Of a DNA stretch of 64,000 bases, positions 58,403 through 64,000 are shown piece by piece. The stretch lies in contig CAWICT010000014.1 in assembly GCA_963834735.1 (NCBI GenBank), forward strand, positions 14,962 through 78,961, given 5' to 3'. Position numbers and translations under genes: made by a program. The stretch comes from an uncultured Acidimicrobiaceae bacterium. GTDB lineage: Bacteria; Actinomycetota; Acidimicrobiia; Acidimicrobiales; Palsa-688. How positions within the stretch are numbered: position 1 is the first letter of the stretch; every line of letters begins with the position of its first letter. The notes under the pieces are model-generated. The model ran no database searches. It saw only the letters and a program-made list of their open reading frames with translations, and was not told the DNA's origin.

Positions 58403-59170
58403 TTGACCTCCAACGATCTTTTCTCGCTGCACCAGCGCTCCGCGGTTGTGACGGGCGCAAGCTCGGGGATTGGGCGGGCCATGGCGGAGGCGCTGGCCGA
58501 GGCCGGGGCGTCGGTGGTCCTCGTCGGCCGGCGTACCTCAGCGCTGTCCGAGGTCGAAGATGGCATTGCCGGCCGAGGTGGTAGTTGCGCTTCGGTTCCT
58601 GCGGATCTCGCCGATCGCCACGAACTGCTCGCAGCCGCCGAGCGTTGCGCAGATATTTTTGGCGAGCCCGACATCTTGGTAAATGCAGCCGGTGTCAACT
58701 ACCGACCGCCGCTCGGGTCCATCACCTTGGAGGACTGGGACGCAACGATGGGGGTGAACCTCACGGCCCCCTTCGTCTTGGGCCAGCGTTTTGGGCCGCC
58801 GATGGCTGATCGCGGCTACGGCCGCATAATTAACCTCGGGTCCCAGCAGTCTTTCCGCGCTTTCGGCAACAGCGGCGCGTATGGGGTTTCGAAGGCTGGG
58901 ATAGTCGCTCTCACCCGTTCTCAGGCGGAGGCGTGGTCGCGCCACGGCGTGTGTTGCAACGCGGTGGTGCCCGGGTTCGTCCATACCCCGATGACCGAAG
59001 CGGTCTTTTCTGACCCCGCGCGGGTAGCGACGCTCGAAGCGCGCACCATGGTGGGCCGCAGTGGCAAGGTGGAAGACTTTCGCGGCGTAGCGGTCTTCTT
59101 GGCGAGTGCCGCCTCGGCATACGTGACCGGTCAGGCCATCTTTGTGGACGGTGGGTTCTCGTCCACGTGA
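58403..59170 (+). CDS. SDR family oxidoreductase (FabG/gluconate-5-dehydrogenase-like)
   Basis: TGASSGIGRA, NAAG, YGVSKAG (YxxxK) and PGFVHTPM. 255 aa. Confidence 0.88.
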   Translation: MTSNDLFSLHQRSAVVTGASSGIGRAMAEALAEAGASVVLVGRRTSALSEVEDGIAGRGGSCASVPADLADRHELLAAAERCADIFGEPDILVNAAGVNYRPPLGSITLEDWDATMGVNLTAPFVLGQRFGPPMADRGYGRIINLGSQQSFRAFGNSGAYGVSKAGIVALTRSQAEAWSRHGVCCNAVVPGFVHTPMTEAVFSDPARVATLEARTMVGRSGKVEDFRGVAVFLASAASAYVTGQAIFVDGGFSST

Positions 59171-59380
59171 CGAGCGCTAGTGAGCGCTGGTGCGCTGGTG
59201 CGGCTGGTCGAGCGCTGGTGCGAGCTGGTCGAGCGCTGGTGCTGGCACGAGGCGATTTCACCGGCTGGCTTCCTTGGCCGCGGACCGCTCTAAGGTCAAA
59301 ATGTGGGTAAGGCGGCCGGGACCGGCGGTCATCGGAGGTCGACCTGAAGTGGGGCCACAACCGTTCGTTGGTGCAACACG

Positions 59381-60230
59381 GTGAACAGGGAAGCCCTCGA
59401 CGTCGCGTGGTACCGGTTCCGGGCCACACTGCACCGTCGCTGGGGCGGCTACCTGACGGTGGTCCTCCTGATCGGGCTGGTGGGAGGCGTGGCCATGGGT
59501 GCCGTGGGAGCGGCCCGCCGCACGCAGTCCGCCTTTCCCAACTGTCCTCGCTACTACCGACGCCTCCGACTTGGATGTCCAGATCGGCACCGTGGGCGGG
59601 TATGCCCTCAATGTTGTTTCGCCGGCTGAGCAACGCGCACATTTGCAGCAGCTCGCTCAGCTTCCCGACGTGGGACACGTGGCGGCCTATATGAACCTGT
59701 TCGTTGCTCCCTTGAGCCGGAATGGCACGATTGACCTAGCTCCAGCCATGCAGGACAACGCGGTCGATGGCATCGGCAGTGTCAACAACATGTACTTCGA
59801 CCAGGACCGGGTCACCGTCTCGCAGGGACGGATGGCAGACCCCAGGAGCGACAACGAGTTTGTCGCCACCGCCCAGGCGGAACACCTACTTGGTTGGCAC
59901 CTGGGCGAGGTTGTCCCCATGGGCGCTTTCACCCTCCAGCAGGTGAACTCGCCGGACCCCGCCCGGTCCAAGCCGTACTTCCGCGTCTCGGCCAAGCTGG
60001 TCGGGACCATCGCGTTCGCTAGCCAGGTGGTCAGCGATGACGTCGAGGATCTGGGGGTGCTGCGTGCCCTCGGTGCCAGCCCGGCCATGACCATGGCGGA
60101 CGGGCTGCTCGGGGTACTCGGCGCCGTCGTCGTGGGATCGGTGGCTGTGGTGCTGGCCAACGTCGTGGCCGCCGTCCCCGGCCGCATGGCCGCCAGCACC
60201 CGGACAGCCCTGTTACTGCGCACCGAGTAA
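59381..60230 (+). pseudogene. remnant of an FtsX-like ABC transporter permease (frame disruption near 59535 plus large internal deletions)
   Basis: TM1 is LTVVLLIGLVGGVAMGAVGAARRTQSAFP, followed in another frame by a MacB-like extracytoplasmic domain (VLATTDASDLDVQIG...). It then jumps to LGVLRALGASP...ANVVAAVPGRMAASTRTALLLRTE. About 283 codons remain, and my recollection is that intact family members are roughly 800 aa. No ATPase partner is nearby. Confidence 0.5.
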
Positions 60231-60429
60231 ACGCCCGCCCTGGTGCCGGTACCCGAGAAAGCACTGGCCCCTGTTGCTGCGTACGGAGTTCCACGCTTAG
60301 TTAATTTTTTGTCGTTACTTGGCGTGGGTCAGCTACCTCGGCGCGGGTCGACCCGTCTCGGAGTGTCACGAGCCCAAAGGTCCACTCGCTTGCCCCGAGA
60401 AACGAGGGGCAACGCCAGGAAACGGGCAG

Positions 60430-60642
60430 TCACGCCGAGAAAGCGCCGCCGCAGCCAGCGGAACCACCTCCTCGGTCTGGACGCCGGTCACGCGAGCCGT
60501 TTACGCCGAGGATCTCGGCGGCTTCCGGCACTGTCAGGCCGAGTTGTTTCGTGAGCCAGCGAGCGGCTTCGCTCCTGGTAGCGGTCTCGGTTGGTTAGGT
60601 GCATACTTAGTTGGTGGAGGAGAAGCGGGGGCGTTCGCTCAT
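60430..60642 (-). pseudogene. possible degraded excisionase-like HTH ORF (two in-frame TAA stops)
   Basis: The minus-strand frame reads MSERPRFSSTN*VCT*PTETATRSEAARWLTKQLGLTVPEAAEILGVN.... The LTVPEAAEILGV string is typical of Xis/AlpA-type HTH proteins. The in-frame stops are at 60607-60609 and 60595-60597. Confidence 0.3.
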
Positions 60643-60957
60643 GTTGAGCGATGCGCGCGGCGGTGACCGTTTCCTGCGGGTCACATGGCATCCTGTCTCT
60701 TCGACCCTCGTGTTCAGCCACTGGACGGGGCCGTGTGCACAGCGTCAACCCCCGTCAAGCTCCCTGAAGCATCCAAGATCGTCGACATCGTCGTCAGTTC
60801 TCTTCGCGATGTGGCCGAGGCGGTGTCGGCCGCGGCGCCCACCACTCGCCCACGGTTGGTGGACCGGTTGCTCAAGCGTGCCCGGCCCCCGCTGGCGGCT
60901 GTTCTTCGCCTGCCGCAACGGCTAGCGGCTCGGCAACCCGGAGAACGCTCCGGCTGA
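60641..60957 (+). CDS. small conserved-looking hypothetical protein (frame disruption at the G4 run near 60729)
   Basis: MLSDARGGDRFLRVTWHPVSSTLVFSHWTG continues in another frame as AVCTASTPVKLPEASKIVDIVVSSLRDVAEAV... to TGA 60955-60957. Confidence 0.45.
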
Positions 60958-61148
60958 ACAGGTAGGCGTGCCGCCGCAGCGAGCAACCTGCGCGCCACGC
61001 AGAGGCGGGCCGACCACAGGCTTCTGAGAGGTGGTCCCACGACGGCGGCTTGATCTGGCGCCGAGAGCGGCATTCCTGGTCGTCATGCCCCTGTCTTGCC
61101 TCACGGCTCTTGGTCAAGCGAAGTAAGGTCGCACGTCAGATAAACAAC

Positions 61149-61221
61149 GGGCTCGTAGCTCAGCGGTCAGAGCAGGGGACTCATAATCCCTCGGTCGTGG
61201 GTTCGATCCCCACCGAGCCCA
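61149..61221 (+). tRNA. tRNA-Met (anticodon CAT; elongator-type, Ile2 not excluded)
   Basis: Acceptor GGGCTCG/CGAGCCC (the G1-C72 pair argues against an initiator), anticodon loop CTCATAA, and T arm GTGGG-TTCGATC-CCCAC. Confidence 0.88.
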
Positions 61222-61258
61222 CTGTGGCGCCGCGGTCCCAGGGCTTATGGCTTCCGGT

Positions 61259-61822
61259 TCAGTCCTGGCTCATCCAGGCTGGGGCTGACTCCAGGAGCCA
61301 CTGGCTGACGGCGAGTGCCTTGTCGAAGATGTCGCACAGCAGCTCCTCGCCGGCCAGCACCCGAGCCAGGGAAACTTTTTGCCTCGCGATGACCGTGAGC
61401 CGCCGTTCGGCTGGGTCGGTCGCGGACGGGTAGCTGTCGATGGCCGAGGCCTCCACGGGGAAGTCGACGCCACCGATGCCGGCAAGGTCGATCGCAAGGT
61501 GGAGCAGGTCCGGCCCGTTGGGCAGCGGCGGCAACGCCCAGGTGAAGGTTAGGGGGAAGTGGAAGTCGTCGGGTGGGTCGGCGCCTTCGGCCAGGTCGAC
61601 CACCGCGTCCTCGAACGACAGCAGCACCCGTGGGTCGACTTCCAGGGCAAGGTGCAGGTCGAGCGGGCCGTTACAAGCTTCCTCTGGGTGGAGGTCCACT
61701 TCCCAGGCCTGGCGGAGCGAGTAGGTTTCGACGAAGTGCCGCTCGTCGTGAACGTGGAAGCCATGGTCCACGGCGTGGTCCTTCAGCTCCGCAACGTACC
61801 CGGCTACATCGATCACGGCCAT
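61259..61822 (-). CDS. acidic hypothetical protein
   Basis: ORF 61259..61888 trimmed to ATG 61822 (MAVIDVAGYVAELKDH...). It has high GC3 and I recognise no family. Confidence 0.55.
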   Translation of the reverse strand: MAVIDVAGYVAELKDHAVDHGFHVHDERHFVETYSLRQAWEVDLHPEEACNGPLDLHLALEVDPRVLLSFEDAVVDLAEGADPPDDFHFPLTFTWALPPLPNGPDLLHLAIDLAGIGGVDFPVEASAIDSYPSATDPAERRLTVIARQKVSLARVLAGEELLCDIFDKALAVSQWLLESAPAWMSQD

Positions 61823-61875
61823 TCCCACAACGCTAGCGGGGGATGGTGACAGTGGACCGAGACGGTAGGTCGCGC

Positions 61876-62625
61876 ATGGCCGATCCACTTCTGGCCGTCT
61901 TGAATGCGGCGGTTGACGCGGTAGTCGACGTTCTCGCTCGCCAACAGGATTGGAGCCTGACAGGGCTGGGCAACAACCAGTACCACCACGACACGGTCGC
62001 CGACGCGGCTGCGATCGCAGTCCTGGACGCGGCCGGTTTGGCCATATTCTCCGAAGAGTCGGGCCTTCATAACCCCGATCGGCCAGTGATGGTCGTGATA
62101 GACCCGGTTGACGGCTCTACCAACGCCTCGCGTGGGCTGCCCTGGTGGGCCGTCAGCCTTTGCGCACTGGACTCCTCCGGTCCACTGGCGGCTGTGGTTG
62201 CCGGCCCGCCGCTGGGGGAGCGCTTCGAGGCAGTCCGCGGCAAGGGAGCGAGCCGCAACGGGAAGACGATCGCCCCGAGCACGGCCGTACATCTCTCCCA
62301 GTCGATCATCGCCTTCAACGGCTACCCGGCTTCCCACTACGGCTGGGCCCAGTTCCGGGCACTGGGAGCCGCGGCTCTCGAACTGTGCGCTGTCGCCTGT
62401 GGTGCTGTGGACGGCTTTGTCGATTGCAGCCCGGCGTCTCTCGCCCCTTGGGATTACCTGGGTGGCTTGCTCGTTTGCCAGGAGGCCGGAGCCCAGGTCA
62501 CAGAGCTGTACGGCCGCGACTTGGTGGTACGCCAACCTGGGGAAAGGCGGACGCTTGTGGCCGCCGGGACCCCGCCCCTGCTCGACCATCTCGTCGCCGC
62601 CCGGCTCGAGCAGAAATTGAGTTGA
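61876..62625 (+). CDS. inositol monophosphatase family protein
   Basis: Motifs FSEESG, VIDPVDGSTN and WDYLGG. ATG 61876 is preferred; the ORF-track start at 61843 is possible. Confidence 0.85.
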   Translation: MADPLLAVLNAAVDAVVDVLARQQDWSLTGLGNNQYHHDTVADAAAIAVLDAAGLAIFSEESGLHNPDRPVMVVIDPVDGSTNASRGLPWWAVSLCALDSSGPLAAVVAGPPLGERFEAVRGKGASRNGKTIAPSTAVHLSQSIIAFNGYPASHYGWAQFRALGAAALELCAVACGAVDGFVDCSPASLAPWDYLGGLLVCQEAGAQVTELYGRDLVVRQPGERRTLVAAGTPPLLDHLVAARLEQKLS

Positions 62626-62704
62626 CTTCCGGGACGCAACGTGCTGCGATGGTGACAGTACGAATATCAAGGGCATAGCGCGCCCGGAAGGAGGTCAGCC
62701 AGCT

Positions 62705-62896
62705 ATGAGCATCACGAAACGGACAGTACGGCTGACCAACGCGCGCCTTCGCACGTCCTCCGAGGTATCTGCAGTTACCCCGTCCGTCCAAGCAGGGGCT
62801 AACGGCAGCATCCACGCCATGGCGGGGGCAGCCTTTAAGTCCAATTGGTACCGCCCCGAGCGGCTGATGAGCCAAAGCGAGCGATTACCGAGTTGA
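62705..62896 (+). promoter_or_regulatory. 63-codon upstream ORF in the whiB7-like leader
   Basis: A strong SD GGAAGGAGG lies 10 nt before ATG 62705. The ORF ends 24 nt before the leader terminator. Confidence 0.5.
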
Positions 62897-62920
62897 TCGG
62901 ATCACTCGCAGGAATGGCCC

Positions 62921-62960
62921 AGAGGCCGCCGGGGAACCCCCCGGCGGCCTCTTTGTTTGT
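62921..62960 (+). terminator. intrinsic terminator in the whiB7-like leader (candidate attenuator)
   Basis: A perfect 14-bp stem, AGAGGCCGCCGGGG (62921-62934) with CCCCGGCGGCCTCT (62939-62952), and an AACC loop. It is followed by TTGTTTGT and lies 66 nt upstream of the whiB start. Confidence 0.8.
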
Positions 62961-63026
62961 CTGGCAGCGAGCGATGGTGATTCACACGACAGCGACGAGA
63001 CGAGACGAGACGAAAGGAAACGCAAG

Positions 63027-63407
63027 ATGTTCGCCTACAGCTGGGCCGAGTATGAAGACGACGGAGAACAGTCAGCGGCTGTCACTTGGGAGGACGCGGC
63101 ATGCCGCGATGGGTCTGGCGCGCTTACGGCCCTCTATTTCTCCGACGAGATCCCCGACATCGAGCTGGCCAAGGCGATCTGTGCGTCCTGCGCTTTGGTC
63201 GAGCCTTGCCTGAAGGGAGCGCTTGCGAGGCGGGAACCGGCCGGTGTTTGGGGCGGCCAGTTGTTCGCTGACGGCGAGGTCATTGCCAGGAAGCGCAAGC
63301 GGGGCCGGCCTCCCAAAGTGGCCGCGGTGGCGCCGAGCGAACAAACTTTGCACGCTGTTATGGGCGCTCAAACCATCCGCCGTGTTGAGTACCCGAAGAC
63401 GGCTTGA
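63027..63407 (+). CDS. whiB7: WhiB family regulator, WhiB7-like (C-terminal AT-hook)
   Basis: Four Cys residues in the WhiB pattern (AACRDG...AKAICASCALVEPC), a GVWGG turn, and a C-terminus FADGEVIARKRKRGRPPK. From memory, that C-terminus resembles the mycobacterial WhiB7 tail with its RGRP AT-hook. Confidence 0.8.
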   Translation: MFAYSWAEYEDDGEQSAAVTWEDAACRDGSGALTALYFSDEIPDIELAKAICASCALVEPCLKGALARREPAGVWGGQLFADGEVIARKRKRGRPPKVAAVAPSEQTLHAVMGAQTIRRVEYPKTA

Positions 63408-63618
63408 CCGCCGGATAGCGCGTCCGGAATAGCTCGGCAGTACTTGGCGCGGCATTACTAACCGGAGGTAGTGCCGCCCGTGCAAACCTTGCTCGCTTTG
63501 CCGCCATCAAAAAGGGCTTGGTGAGCCAACTTGAATGGGTAGCAAACCGGGCAAGGTGACCTTGGGCGGCACTAGCGGTAGTTCATCCCGACGAACTGAG
63601 CAGTAGCATGTAGCGCTC

Positions 63619-63691
63619 GGGCGCTTAGCTCAGTTGGAAGAGCGCCGCCCTTACAAGGCGAAGGTCGCGGGATCGAGGCCCGCAGCGCCCA
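63619..63691 (+). tRNA. tRNA-Val (anticodon TAC)
   Basis: Acceptor GGGCGCT/AGCGCCC, D stem GCTC/GAGC, anticodon loop CTTACAA, and T arm GCGGG-ATCGAGG-CCCGC. Confidence 0.85.
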
Positions 63692-63877
63692 CGACAGCGG
63701 ACCGCTATAAGTGGATCTTCGGGAACTCGCTTCGCGAACGCGGCGAGTTCTCGGAGATCCAGGTAGCCGGCGACTAGGCGCAGGCAGAATTGTCAATTGA
63801 CGCGAGCGTGATCTACTATTGGCTATCGACGCCGCGGCGAACATGCTCGTGGCCGACAAGCCGAAAGGGGATTCCTA

Positions 63878-64000
63878 GTGGCCCGTATCACGCAAGTCGT
63901 CGTTACTTGCGACCTCGAAGATGGTGACATCAACGCTGCTGATTCTGTGTCATTCAGCTACGGGGGTAAGACGTACACTCTCGACCTTTGTAAGAAGCAC
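63878..64000 (+). CDS. lsr2: Lsr2 family nucleoid-associated protein, N-terminal part (runs off the window)
   Basis: GTG 63878 follows GAAAGGGG. MARITQVVVTCDLEDGDINAADSVSFSYGGKTYTLDLCKKH matches the Lsr2 dimerisation-domain pattern. Confidence 0.7.
   Translation, partial: MARITQVVVTCDLEDGDINAADSVSFSYGGKTYTLDLCKKH

Noticed and set aside
60700-61148. Integrase remnant next to tRNA-Met, from minus-strand ORFs 60714..61073, 60872..61117 and 60922..61104.
   Set aside because: The translations show no tyrosine or serine recombinase motifs. They largely shadow the plus-strand small ORF.
62628-62670. A defined -10 element for the whiB7-like promoter.
   Set aside because: The hexamers at 16-19 nt from TTGACT (TGCGAT, GCGATG) lack the conserved A at position 2. 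I therefore do not annotate a promoter feature.
63449-63477. A hairpin (GCGGCATTAC...GTAGTGCCGC) after whiB7 as a terminator.
   Set aside because: It has a 10-bp stem with a G-U pair but no downstream T-tract. It is plausible as an actinobacterial I-shaped terminator, but there is not enough support to call it.

Overview
This is a high-GC actinobacterial-type chromosomal segment, judged from gene content (WhiB7-like regulator, Lsr2, DUF222-HNH, Ku/LigD) and from high GC at third codon positions. It is densely coding on both strands and I found no CRISPR array, transposase or integrase.

Gene order, left to right:
- 1-5 kb: a Zn-ribbon coiled-coil protein (5' end outside the window), a DUF72 protein, and a minus-strand operon of TasA/camelysin-like protein, SipW-type signal peptidase and a YVTN beta-propeller surface protein.
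- 5-14.7 kb: a compact double-strand-break repair cluster of SbcC, SbcD, a NERD membrane protein, MarR, HerA-NurA, Ku and a stand-alone LigD polymerase domain.
- 14.7-19.3 kb: cupin, DUF222-HNH, DUF2505 plus a serine hydrolase, and a ZnuA-like lipoprotein.
- 19.4-25.4 kb: a lipoate/2-oxoacid module (lpdA, E2, one ORF joining LipB and LipA) and an M24 peptidase.
- 25.5-28.2 kb: a ferric-reductase-like membrane flavoprotein, an FMN-binding protein and the ApbE flavin transferase.
- 28.2-36.1 kb: metH and greA, then leuB-ilvE-cimA preceded by a candidate leader-peptide attenuator.
- 36.1-44.5 kb: PadR with a palindromic operator and a divergent membrane protein, a multiply disrupted beta-helix gene, an esterase, fabD, hemW and a membrane protein.
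- 44.5-56.2 kb: a conserved housekeeping run of HTH, HIT, phoH, ybeY, corC-like, era, uppS, recO, glyQS, dnaG and rpoD.
- 56.2-64 kb: tRNA-Asn, a secreted protein built from three ~180-aa modules, an SDR, an FtsX permease remnant, degraded small ORFs, tRNA-Met, an IMPase, a whiB7-like gene with uORF and terminator leader, tRNA-Val, and the start of lsr2.

Major caveat: about two dozen reading-frame disruptions are visible, and most of those I could localise sit at short homopolymer runs. They hit essential genes (glyQS, era, dnaG, fabD, metH), so I read most of them as assembly indel errors rather than true pseudogenes. I give corrected full-gene extents and flag each disruption. Several unusual short tandem-repeat arrays lie in intergenic regions.
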